DNA of 64,000 nt from Carcharhinus longimanus (taxonomy: Eukaryota). The first letter of the stretch is position 1, and every line of letters begins with the position of its first letter. Below the pieces are notes generated by a model, which had not been told where the DNA came from, ran no database searches, and saw only the letters and a list, made by a program, of their open reading frames with translations. The stretch spans positions 93,862,682-93,926,681 of the forward strand of contig JASCQW010000072.1 of assembly GCA_030264375.1 (NCBI GenBank), written 5' to 3'. Position numbers and translations under genes: made by a program. Shown one piece after another: positions 23,081 to 35,178 of the stretch.

Positions 23081-23363
23081 TATTTATTAGTGACACAAGT
23101 TAGCTCACATTGACACTGCAGTGAAGTTACTATGAAAATCCCCGAGTCGTCACATGCCGGCACCTGTTCGGGTACACTGAGGGAGCATTTAGCATGATCA
23201 ATGCACCTAACCAGCACGTCTTTCAGACTGTGGGAGCACCCGGAGAAAACTCGTGCAGGCACAGGGAGAATGTGTACACCCCGCACAGACAGTGACCCTA
23301 AGCCAGGAATCGAGCCTGGGTCCCTGGTGTAGCAGTGCTTACCACTGTGCCACAATTCTGCCC
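23081..23363 (-). mobile_element. SINE, tail B
   Basis: Reverse-complement match to 22371-22652. Confidence 0.88.
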
Positions 23364-24880
23364 CTTGGCTGCCACAGTTTCCTTGCACCTTTTAAAGACC
23401 TTTGCAATCTAGCCATGAGGCATGAGGCTGGCGTCAAAAGTATTCCTTTCTTGCGGAATACAAAATCATGTGTGTCTTTCACGTTGTATGTTCTACCTGA
23501 CAGAACATCGGGAAAAATCCACTTTCCTTAATTTGAACCTGCACTGTTTATGTTCGATGTGAATAATATGACTGCCAATAAGGGAGCTTGGTCTTTCAAT
23601 AGCTTCCTATATAACCAATTGTAAGTTCAACAGTCAGCACTGCACAACACAGACCTGCCTGACACATCTGGATTGCATTTTCAGTAGCCCGATTTGAGCT
23701 TTTAGGTGGTGCATATTTTGCTTCAGGATAGGGGGAGAAGGGCTGAAAACATCACTTGTCCTGCCGCACATGCCGTTCTGTACGTCTGCTAACTTCCTTC
23801 AACACAGACTGACAAAGTAGACTCACTTTAATTCAAATCAGATTTAAATTAATCTATTCTCTTGAAACGCAAACAGAGATGCTACCTCCAAAAATGATCC
23901 TGAGTTCATTCATTACTTGGCATTTAAAATGCCGCGCAAGAGAAAAATGACACGTTTAAACAACAAGTGATATTCCACACTCAAAAGTAGCGTTTGTGTC
24001 TGGCTGCATATTTACTGTACTGGAGCTCTGAAATTCATGTACTAATACTCCTTGGCACATGCGTGAAATCCCTTTTGTTTGCACCGTGGTACCATCCCTT
24101 GTAACATTAAAAACCCACTGTTCAGAGAAACTGCAGAAGTGAATGCCGTCACTTAATGTAACTGAAGCAGAAAAAGCTTTCCTTTTGGATGACTGGGGAT
24201 TTCATTGTGGTCAAGGAGCGTACAGGTCAGTTCACACTCACGCTTGGATCACAACATACATGCCACAGGACTCCATTCACGGAGGTGCGAATCTTATGTT
24301 GCTAAATGTGCAATATTTTTATTAATTGTTTCCATTCAAGTGTAACTCTCATCAGACAATAGTGTGGCTGAGGCTTTAGAAAGGTAAGACTCAGCAACCT
24401 ACGTTTGAACCAACTTTTAAATGCAACATTAGAGGTCAAGATTGGGTGCCAAACGTGTTTTGTTCAGCAGGATTGACATCTTACATGAGCATAAGAAATA
24501 TAAAAAGGTTTGAAATAAAAACCTTATGAAATGTATGGCTATCATGAAGCAGCGTGTGGGGTGATTTGTTTTAAAAACTAGCCTTACTCACAACTTTTAT
24601 CACTTGCTCTCCCTTTTCCCCAAACACATCAGCTACAATGTCAAATTATTCCATCCTCAACTATTCTGGGGTTTGTAGGTAGTGTCAGGAATACGGACAA
24701 TACTTTACATCACAGCAAATCTGTTGATAGTGAACCACAACTCGAAGTGTTCAACCAACACTTTCTTCTAGATGTTGGTGGAGCTGTTGTGAATACTCTA
24801 ATTCTCCTCTTAGGAAATCTTATCCCGTTTCTGTATGTACTGCTTTTAGCAGGAAAACTCCCACCCCAAACCATTCAGTA

Positions 24881-25032
24881 CAAGAGCAAATCACTGCGGG
24901 TGCAGGAATCTGAAGTGAAAGAGGAAATGCTGTAAAATCTCAACAGGTCTGGCAGCATTTGTAAGGAGAGAAAAGAGCTGATGTTTGATGTTTGAAACAT
25001 CAGCTCTTTTCCCTCCTTACAGATGGTATCCG
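24881..25032. mobile_element. Penelope-like fold-back element (family 2)
   Basis: ~41-bp inverted arms at 24946-24986 and 24995-25035 with an 8-nt spacer. Exact 11-bp flanking direct repeat accattcagta at 24870-24880 and 25033-25043. Confidence 0.75.
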
Positions 25033-25302
25033 ACCATTCAGTATTGTAAGCTCTGCAAGTAAAAATGAAATGAGGCAGGGGGAGCAATACGTGCCGCTTG
25101 TGAAGTATTTTTCAATCTTCTTATTGCACTGGATGGCATCAAAGTCTTAGCTCATCAATGCTGATAGTGGCAATATGTTCTGATCTAATTCTCTTCTAAA
25201 AAATATACATGAGTGCTCTTCAGATGCTGTGCTTGAATTCGGGACTCTAAAAATTGTGAATAAAATTGCAAAGTGGCATTTCTGGTCTTCTTAACCACTT
25301 AA

Positions 25303-25597
25303 GTTAAAGTATATTTATTAGTGTCAGAAGGAGGCTTACATTAACACTGTAATGAAGTTACTGTGAAAATGTTTGAGTCGCCACACTCCTGTTCGGGTAC
25401 ACTGAGGGAGAATTTAGCATGGCCAATGCCCCAACCAGCATATCTTTCAGAATGTGGGAGGAAACTGGAGCACCCAGAGGAAACCCACGCTGACACGGAG
25501 AGAACGTGCAAATTCTGCACAGACAGTGACCCAAGCTGGGAATCGAACCCACGTCCCTGGCGCTGTGAAGCAGCAATGCTAACCACCATGCTGCCCA
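25303..25597 (-). mobile_element. SINE, tail B
   Basis: Full head, central domain and tail on the minus strand. Confidence 0.88.
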
Positions 25598-26959
25598 TAT
25601 CTCTACGTATCCCTAATATATCCCTATTTCTGTACATCTATAATCCCAAGAAAAATCAGACCTTAAAATGCCATCATGGGATCCAAACAAACAAAAGCTT
25701 AATGTGTTGTCAGTGTATAAGATTTCTTCCCTTTCATTTTTTTAAAAAAGATATTAAATGCTACTTTAAAACAGCAGAATAATTTGATCAGGCAATTCAC
25801 ATTTGAACATTCTACACCATCTTTTCAAGGCACAGATCTATTATTCAATAGAAGGGAATTCCTTTTTGAGGCAGTCATATCAGAGATAACCTGCATGTTA
25901 AAGTAACTGACAACTGATCAGAAAGAGTTAACCTTCCCGTGTGGTATGATCCCATATTTTGTGTCAAAATTGCATTCCTAATAAATATTGAGATACAGCA
26001 TTTGATCATATAATAAATAATTAATTGGCCAAAATGGATTGACATGTATTTCCAATAAATATTTCAAATCCAACATGAATTCAGAAATATATCAAGAGAA
26101 ATAGGGGGATTTGAATTTATAACTAAATTTATTCCTTATATAAACTGGCTCCTACAATCAATGAAATAAACCCGGGAGTGGTGAAAGGATTATGGTTCAG
26201 TAACTATTAGAAGTTAAATAAGCAAAACGCTCATTCATCATAGAAACAACTCAATATTAAGAGCTAATTTTATGTTAATAATTATAGTATAAATTGATAT
26301 TTATGGTGTCATACTTAACTCTTCACTTTATGGATATTGCAATCACGAACCTCTGTTGATATCAACTGAGGGAGGGGTGGGGTGAGGGTAAGGGTGATGA
26401 TCAATCAGTATTCGATTAAATCATATTAATGTTGTACAAATACCAATCAGCACTTCTCTGAAAGGAAGAGCTCATTTTATTACAGCATAAATTAAGGTGC
26501 TGAAGTGGAGGAATAAAAAAAAGCTGTATGTTAAATCATTGAGAGATTTTAAAGATTCCAAGCCATTGATGTCCGAACAGCAGCTTGCTAGGCAGATTTC
26601 AATGTTACTTGGCCCTCACAGCCCTGCCTTTTGATCCCCGTCACCGCTATGATCCACTTATCTGCCAGAGGGCTCATAGAATTTGGATTTTTAAATCACA
26701 GGCAATTCTTGCATCTTTGTCAGGCGGACAGTACACTGGACTAAACTTCCCACAGTACTGCCCTTCTGCTTTAGTTGGTGTCCATCTCTGCAACCTACAA
26801 TACATGATTCTGCAGGATGAATATTCAGAATGGATCCTGTTTTGTGTGTGACTGGATAATCCCAGTATCTAAAAATGTGTTGGGTTTCCCATGGTCACTA
26901 GATATTTTCCACTCTGAGTGAACATGATCATTTGTATGCCTGTACCTAAGAAAAATATT

Positions 26960-27328
26960 CACAATGCCAATCCCTTGACTCCTGGAGGTGAGCGAGATCC
27001 TGAGGAGAGCTGGACATAGGCGGGGGTGGTCTTCTAAAGGCTGGGGAGAGGGAGAACCAAGTGGGGGAGCCAGACCTTGGTTGGGGGGGGGGGGGGGGGG
27101 GGGGGGGGTTGGAGAGGGAGGTGGTGGTGGACAGACAGACAATGGGAAGCTCCATTGGCCTCAGGCAGTATTTTCCGGTCATGCGTTGAGCAAGGCCACA
27201 AAATCCCACCCTTAGCATCAGGGGGATTAGCAGGGTAAATATGTGGGATTACAGGGATTGGGCCTGGGTGGGATTGTTGGTGCTGACTCGATGGGCTGAT
27301 TGGCCTCCTGCACTGCACTGATTCTATT
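26960..27328. mobile_element. MITE remnant ending aaaatcccaccc, joined at TTA to the 3' half of an HE1-type SINE
   Basis: TIR-like aaaatcccaccc at ~27200-27211, followed by ttag...gggattagcagggtaaat...gactcgatgggc.gattggcctcct. Confidence 0.6.
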
Positions 27329-28313
27329 CCAGCAACTCTACATTAGCCCAGCAAATGAAATTTGGGTTTTAGTGAGCGTGTGGAAAATTTGAAACTCAAT
27401 GGTTGTCACTTACAGCCTTTATAAAAATTCATTAATGGAATGTAGGAATTGCTGGCTAAGCGATACCCGTGTCCCACAAATGAATAAAAAACAAACAAGG
27501 CTGATTAGGAATCTCTCCTGCTCCTACCATCTGCTATTGTTGTATGTTAGAGAGACTCAGAGTCAATGCTCAGCTTGTTTGGCTATGTCATGAATGCACC
27601 TTGCCTGATTATCACGTTGTAAACCTGGACCTACTGGCTCAGAGACAGGAATGCTACCATTTGCACCACAAGACCTCAAGTATAATAATAGAGTGATTTG
27701 CGATAGTATATTGTATGTATTTTGCATATAGACCCACAAAAGTGTGCAGATGATGACTGCCCATTTAGCATTCCTCTGATACGTGCTCTTCATTAATTTT
27801 ATAGATGCCCACTTTCTAGTGGGAGTAAGCGAGCCAGATTTTTAAATCTGTTGTTGAGGGAGTCTGTTTTTGATATTCCACCAAACCTGCTGGCAGAAAA
27901 TATTCATGAAGAAATGAAGATTCAAAGAAACAAGCTGCTGTTTGATCATTCGGCCACTGGAGGTGCCCTGGTATACTGTCCTTTCTCCAAAGAAGCCCGT
28001 TTAGAAGAAGGATGTCTGATCTATCCTGGCAGTGAATCCATGAACTCACTCCGTATCCTTTGGGTAAACTTGCCTCACTTGTTTATGAAAAGGTTATTTA
28101 TTGTTATACTTTGCACTTTTATTTTTAGCTCAAATCTATGCTGCAAATGAGGCAACTTGGTTGTAAAGTAGCCTGTCTTCACTTCCCCTTAAAAACAACA
28201 CCCCTGCCCCTGATTCTTCCAGAAACAATGTAATGAAAAAGTCTTTATGATGAGACCAATGTAGTCTGAACTCTGACTTCTTACCACCTGGAAGAACAAG
28301 AGCAGCAGTTACG

Positions 28314-28616
28314 GGGGCAGCATGGTGGCACAGTGGTTAGCACTGCTGCTTCGCAGCTCCAGGAACCTGGGTTTGATTCCCAGCTTGGGTCACTGTCTGT
28401 GTGGAGTTTGAACGTTTTCCCTGTGTCTGCGTGGGTTTCCTCCAATTTCGTCCCACAGTCCAAAGATGTGCAGATTAGGTGCATTGGCCATGGTAACTTG
28501 CCTCTTAGTGTCCCAGGGTGCATAGGATAGAGGTAAATATATGGGGTTATGGGGATAGGGCCTAAATGGGATTGTTGTCAGTGCAGACTCTGCACTGTAG
28601 GGTTTCTATGATTTCT
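28314..28616 (+). mobile_element. HE1/V-SINE-type SINE (tail A)
   Basis: gggcagcatggtggcacagtggttagcactgctgc head; gcactgtagggtttctatga tail. Confidence 0.88.
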
Positions 28617-28949
28617 AAACGATATACGGGTTTCTCTCCAAATCATACACCACACTGATTTGGAACTATATTGCCACTCTTTCACTGTCTCTCCATAAAA
28701 TAATATGGAACTTACTGTAAAACAGCCCTGTGGGCGTATGATATTTCATACTCCTCCTTTATTACAATGTCTGTTTTGTGAAAACAGAAACAAAATCTTC
28801 AGTCAGAACTCATGTCTTTTGCCTACATGCATGTGTTATCCCTAAATGATCCCACTATTTCCTGACAAGCCCTTTTACTCTTTGTGTTTATAAAATAAAT
28901 TTGGGTTTTCCTTGATTTTTCTTTCTTTCTCGTGCCCTCTATTTTACTT

Positions 28950-29550
28950 TCGTAGAATCTACAGTGAGAAACGGGAGCCATTTGGCCCACTGAGTCTGCA
29001 CTGACATTAATCTGTCCAATTCTGTCCAGCTGGGGATCAAACCTGGGTCCCTGGCGCGGTGAGGCAGCAGTGTTAACCACTGTGCCATGCACTAACCAGC
29101 ACGTCTTTTCGGACTGTGGAAGGAAATCCACGCAGACACAGGGAGAACATGCAGACTCCACACAGACAGTGACCCAAGCTGGGACTCAAATCCCTGGNNN
29201 NNNNNNNNNNNNNNNNNNNNNNNNNNNNNNNNNNNNNNNNNNNNNNNNNNNNNNNNNNNNNNNNNNNNNNNNNNNNNNNNNNNNNNNNNNNNNNNNNATG
29301 GGGGTGACCCCAAATTCCTACTTGAGGCCTTATGCGGGCTTATTCCCCCAGACTCAAAAATCGAGGACTGGTGGGAATCATAGAATCACTACAGTGCAGA
29401 AGGTGGCCATTGAGTCCATAAAGTCTGCACTGGCAACATTCCGACTCAGGCCTTATCCCTGTTGTAAACCCATGTACCTACGCTGCTGGCTTCCCGAACA
29501 CTAAGGGGTAATTTACCATAGTAAATCAACCTAACCTAAAAATCTTTAAA
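28950..29550 (-). mobile_element. Cluster of SINE fragments around an N gap
   Basis: Head, central and tail segments of the same SINE families in rearranged order. Confidence 0.75.
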
Positions 29551-29602
29551 ACTATTAAAATTTTAAAGCAAAACGTACATTTTATCTGTACTAAAAAAAC
29601 TA

Positions 29603-29810
29603 TGGCTAGAATTTTCCAGCTGTTCAGGCCAACAACAGCTTATGGTCCCACTGATGGCATATCCCTACTGCGGGTTTCCCGGAAGCGTGGTGTACAGTCA
29701 ATGGGAAATCCCATTGACAGAGGTGGGACCAGAAGCTCCCACCAGCAGTGGATGACATGCCGCCTCCCACCAGGAGAAACATGCCTCAGGGAGGCCAGAA
29801 AATCCCCCGC
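29603..29810. mobile_element. MITE (PIF/Harbinger-like), related to ~8875-9080
   Basis: Ends ggctagaattttcc / gaaaatcccccgc. Internal ctgatggc...gtttcc.gg...ccagaag.tcc is shared with the 8.9 kb copy. Confidence 0.6.
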
Positions 29811-30604
29811 TGTAGCTCCAAAGTTGCTAAAGAAATACTCTTCACTACTTTCTTCAGCTGTCTGAAGAGATAATTTGTTCGAATATTCAAAATCTTTATC
29901 ATAGCTTAAATGAAATAAATCGGATATCTGTCCTAAACTTATTTATGTCTTCTGTTCCTTCTGCCTTGACTTAATTTGTAGAAATAAACTGGTTTATGCT
30001 ACCATCTAATATTTTATATAGCTTGATGACATTGCACTCATTAAGCACCATTTTTCTAGGCTGTAAAGAGACTGCGTTTGACTGTTTACATCCTTTACAC
30101 TTGCTATTGCCTTCTTATCTTTAATTTTCTGTTTTATTATGTCAACCCAGAGAGAAAAGGAAATATTTTTCGCAAAGAACTGAAGTCGATTTTGTCATGT
30201 TACTTCAAGGATTCAGTAGATCCTATCACAAACAATTGAGAAAACTCATGTAGATCTAACTCCACAGAACATCTTGTCAATTTAAAAAAAAGGTGTGGTT
30301 TTCAGTGTAATTGCACCATTGTGGGATGGATATCTACCTTAAAGTATCAACAACCAGGTGTCATTACTGCTAAGTGTATAATGGGAATATATGTTTTAAA
30401 ATTCTAAATATCTATTATTAGCTACGTTAATTTAGTTATTGCACTGTTGAAAGTTGCTTCTGATACAGACTTACTTCAGGCTTCTGACTCTGGAGTTATG
30501 CAGCGTTACAATAATGATTCATATAAGTTGGGTACCATACTGTCAGAGGAAGTTCTGAGAGAGTATTCATTGTGTTGTCTGAGACATTTCCTTTGGTTAC
30601 TCAC

Positions 30605-30838
30605 CCAAGATTTTGCTGATGTTTGAATTATGCATGTCTGGAAATGCCTGCAGTATCTTCCTGCGTTCGTCCTTTGCCCACACCATGAATGCATTCATTG
30701 GTCGTTTGATGTGCGGCTCGTTGTTGCTGCGACCCCTGGTTTCTCTGTAAACCCGTGCCTCCGTCACCGTAGTGCTTCCTGTTGGCCAACAATAATACTG
30801 CTGTAGTTTAGCTGGAGACCCATTCATTGCCTTACTCC
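30605..30838 (-). CDS. SOX6: SOX6 exon (234 bp) encoding GSKAMNG...[38 protein letters not shown], the N-terminal part of the HMG box
   Basis: ORF 30597..30881 contains the SoxD HMG signature [34 protein letters not shown]. Acceptor ccaatgtttcag|GG, donor TTGG|gtgagt, phase 1/1. Confidence 0.97.
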
Positions 30839-31719
30839 CTGAAACATTGGAGCAGGAAGAAAAGAGAGCAACACAGTACATTAATTTTATTTAGCATGCG
30901 CAGAGCATACAGGATAAATTGATTTCACTTTGCATGGGCTCAGAGAGCCGTGTTTATTGTGCAGTGAAATCTAGTGTAGCATTCAGCTGACAGTATCCAT
31001 CAACACAGGGCAATCTGCTGACTGCTGGGCCAGATGAAGGCATCCATTACCCCAGCAGTGAAATGCTAGTTCAGACATGACAGCTAGTGTCTGTTCCTCA
31101 GGATCAGCTCAGAAATTTATGATGCCCCAGTGCCATTGCTTTCTGATTGACACTCTTTTAGCAGAATAAATATGCTTGTGTGCATACATAAATGTTCAAC
31201 CTTTATTCTCGCATGTCAGAATATGTTGAGTCATCAGGTTCCTGCACCTTTACCAGGATCAGTGCACGGTTTTCTTGTGCAACGGGGCCCTCGGAGAGCG
31301 AATGCTCAGATCTCTTTTGGCACCAGCAACATTGTTCAGTGTGTCAGGGCTGAGTATTACTGAGTGACAATTTGATGAGCTGGAGAGAGCTACAAGTTCA
31401 AGTTCAGCTCAATCTGAAATTGCTGCATTCTTGACACTAATTCAAAAGGCTCTCTAATCTAATGAAGGTGCACCTTCAGGTTTGTAAGCCATGCTTCACA
31501 AGCAGAAATCGTAATGCCAAGACAGCTTCTAGTAGCTAAGCTGGAATGAACTATTGTTTAGTGCGTTTGATTAAGAGCAAGAATAAATGAATTCGGCCTG
31601 ACATTCTTGTTGATCCTCATTTTCCCCTCACACCACTCTCTGCCCATTCTCTGTGGAATTGCATTCTATGTGAATTTTTATTATGTTACTTGAGAAATGA
31701 ATTATAACATTTTAAATAT

Positions 31720-31920
31720 TTGATTTTGATTTGATTTATTATTGTCACATGTATCAGTATTTAGTGAAAATTATTGCTTCTTGCACACTATACAAAGCAT
31801 ACCATACATAAGGAAGGAAAGGAGAGAGTGCAGAATGTAGTGTTACAGTCATAGCTAGGGTGTAAAGAAAGATCAACTTAGAGTGAGGCACTTCAAAAGT
31901 CTGATGACAGCAGGGAAGCA
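31720..31920 (-). mobile_element. Rex1/Babar-type LINE 3' UTR fragment
   Basis: Near-identical to 61535-61735 (tttgatttgatttattattgtcacatgtat...cagtcatagctagggtgta). Confidence 0.8.
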
Positions 31921-32559
31921 TTGTATTTGCAATACAAGTGTATTTTCATTAAATATGTGTTCATTACAGGAGAGATCTGCTGTAATATCCTTAAATAACC
32001 TTGCAATATAAAGCATTAAGCAGGGGATCCGTTGTTCAGCCATCAGCTGGTTTCTGTCTTGGAATGATATTGCCTTTTTAATTATAATTTCAAATCCATA
32101 ATTTTCAAATGTAATAATTCATTATGTGATTATAGTCCATCATTCAGTTTTCATCCATCTCAAGTTTAAAAGATTAACTCTGGGAGCACAGCAGCAAAGT
32201 GGCTGTGTTACTGATGTAACAATCCCGAGGCCTGGACTAATGTACTGGAAACGTGAGTTCTTATCCCTATCAAAGCAACTGGGGAATCGGAATCTGGAAC
32301 ATCCGTAATGAAAACCATGAAACTACTGGGATTTTGTAAAAGCCCTTTGGTATACTTCAGGGAAGAAAAGGTCCTGTCCTTAGCCAGTCTGACCTGTATA
32401 AGACACCAGACCCACATCAATTTGATTGAATCTTAACTGTCCTTTGAAATGACCAAGCAAGCCGCTCAGTTATCTTCAAGAAAGTGTTCACTGCCACCTT
32501 CCCAAGGGTAATTAGTAATGGGAAATAATGAGTTGTGATCTAATTGAAATATAAAAAAA

Positions 32560-33250
32560 ACCTTAAAAGGGCTTGTCAGGGTTGATGGTGAAAAAATGTT
32601 TCCCGTAGCTGGGGAACCTAGAACCTGAGGGAGGGGGAGTCATCGTTTCAGAATGAGGGGCTGGTCTTATTAGGACTGATTAGCAACTGAGGAGATTAGG
32701 AACTCCAATTAGGACTGAGATGTGGAGAAATTTCTTCACTCAAAGAGTTGAGAGTCTTTGAAATTCTCTACTCCTGAGAGCTGCAGATGCTAAATAGTTG
32801 AGCATACTCTAGACAGAGTTCGATAATTTTTGAGTTTGAAGGAAATTAAACGATATGGCAAGGAAAGTGGAGTTGAGGTAGGGTTGCCAACCCTCCAGCA
32901 TAGGCCTAGAGTCCCTAGGAATTGAAGATTGATCTCCAGGGAACTGCTGTTTACATTCCTGGGAAAGAAAATCATCAGGACATCAAAAAAGTTTGGAGTA
33001 TTTTTGTCATTTTCTTTGAATATTTCTCTTTATCAGAATTAAATATATTGAAAATTGGAAGGATGGCTGTCCAATTAGTTTTGGCCCACTAATGGCTGAA
33101 GCACAGGGACAAGTCTTGTAATTACATCTCCAGCAATACATGTTAATCATAACTGGCAACCCTAAGTTAATGTGGAAGATCAGGGATCATCTTCTTGAAA
33201 CACCGAGCAAACTAGAAGGGGCCAAATGACTTTCTGTTACTCCTATTTCT
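32560..33250 (+). mobile_element. CR1 LINE 3' fragment
   Basis: aaaatgtttccc...aggactgagatgtggagaaatttcttcactcaaagagttg...ggaaagtggagttgagg|tggaagatcag. Confidence 0.8.
32879..33164. mobile_element. Non-autonomous hAT (Blackjack-like) element nested in CR1
   Basis: TIRs TAGGGTTGCCA / TGGCAACCCTA; degenerate 8-bp TSD agttgagg / agttaatg. Confidence 0.8.
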
Positions 33251-33540
33251 TATAATAAATGCTGGCCTTGCCAGTGATGTTCACATCTCATGGATTAATT
33301 CTTTTTAAAATGTTGAATATGAACATTAAAAAAATGCACAGCACAGAGGGCATATGACATAATGAATTCTGAAAGTACCCCCAAGTAAATACTGGACTAC
33401 AGAGGCAACTTTCGGAATTTGCACCCCTCTCTCGGAAGCAGAAATGTCAACTACCTAGCCAACATGATTTTCCATCCAAAGTCACATCCAAATTCTCAAT
33501 ATGCACTCCAGCAGCTGAGGTTATATACCAGAAGTTTTAG

Positions 33541-33822
33541 ACTTTAAAATTTATTTATTAGTGCCACAGGTAGGCTTACATTAACACTGCAATGAAATTA
33601 CTGTGAAAATTCCCTAGTTGTCACACTTCGGCACCTGTTTGGGTACACTGAGGGAGAATTTATCATGGCCAATGCACCTAATTAGCATGTCCTTCAGACT
33701 ATGAGGAAACCCATGCAGACATGAGGAGAACATGCAGATTCTGCACAGACAGTGACCCAAGATGGAAATCAAACCCAGGTCCTTGGCGCTGTGAGGCAGC
33801 AGTCCTAACCACTGTGCCACTG
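33541..33822 (-). mobile_element. SINE, tail B
   Basis: Full family match on the minus strand. Confidence 0.88.
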
Positions 33823-34775
33823 TGCAAGAATGCACTCATACATTTACCCCTTAAAGATGATCCGAAAAATATTGAACTTCAAGGTTACGCTGCAGAAGAA
33901 CTCGACAAAGGTTGGTCTGGGTCCACTGCTCCCATTTTACACTGAACAATCTTACACATTATGTGTTGTGGAAGAAAATGAGAATTAAAGCTTTTCATTG
34001 GAGGGTGACAATGCACCTTAGAACTGATCAAATTCGAGGCAATTGAATTTCTATTGAGATTCTTCCAGTTATCCACCAGAATTTGGACAGAAAAGTCTGG
34101 TAAAATGGCATCAATGATGTTTATGTTATTCCTACAGACTTCTAAGATCTTATTAAAATAATGGCAATCGGGAGACACCCAGTGGAAATTCAACACCAAG
34201 ATGCATAGATACAAGTAGCGTAACTCAGTTTAAGTCCTTCTCTTTCTTTTCACTAAAGTACTCATTCCTTGCCAGGAGGGAAAAACCATGTTATACACTT
34301 TCTGCTCAAACTCCTTATTTTTTATGACAGCCTTGTCAACCACATCCTTCCTATCAATTGATACAAACCTCAAAGGAAAAGTTTGGTGACCATAGCAGCC
34401 ATTGTTAGTTCAAACTGTGCAGACACAATGGAAAATGCAAAACACCAACATGAAAGCAAAAATTGGAAAAATGAAAATCGCAGGGAGAATAAGATGATTT
34501 GGGGGTAAGCTTATAAACTTTAGTGATATCAATCAATCGCTGAGGGTTGGCTTCTGCCTCTGAATGTCCAAAGCTATATATGCTATCTGACATGAATTCT
34601 TTATTGGGAATTCTGCATATGAAACATAGGTTGTGTCAGGAATTTGAAATTCGCTGGCGGTTTTAATTCACAAAACACCAAGTTTCAAGGCCTTTCAGCA
34701 AGTGCTTTTATATATTGTGTAGGAGGACCGAGAGTTTAAATGTCCATAAACTCTAGTTTTAGTCTATTAATTATT

Positions 34776-35178
34776 GTTTATTTATTGGTGTCACAAGTAG
34801 GCTCACATTAACACTGCAATGCAGTTACTGTGAAAATCCCCTAGCTGCCACACTCTGGTGCCTGTTCAGCTGCACTGAGAGAGAATTTAGCATGGCCAAT
34901 GCACCTAGCCAGCACATATTTTGGACTGTGGAAGGAAACCAGAGCACCCAGAAGAAACCCACGCAGGCATGAGGAGAATGTGCGGACTCTGCACAGATAG
35001 TGACCCAACCCGGGAATGAAACCCTGGTCCCTGGCGCTGTGTGGCAGCAATGCTAACGGATGGCCTGCAGCTGTTATTCTCCTGTCCCGCTGCAGTGAAT
35101 GGGGTTTTGGCTGAGCGCCAGATTCTCCATTCTCACTGGTAGTGGGGCGGGAATGAATGAGATTGGAGAATCTGTCCC
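34776..35178 (-). mobile_element. SINE, tail B (34776-35057), abutting a MITE (35060-35178; related copy ~54570-54706)
   Basis: SINE family match. The MITE shares gcagtgaa.gg...gctgagc.cca.attctcca.tctc.ctgg.ag and the end tgga.aatc.tg.cc with the 54.6 kb copy. Confidence 0.8.

Noticed and set aside
26946-27318. Proline/glycine-rich ORFs (also 8052-8402 and 16307-16725)
   Set aside because: Translations of poly-G/poly-C homopolymer tracts with no splice or homology support.
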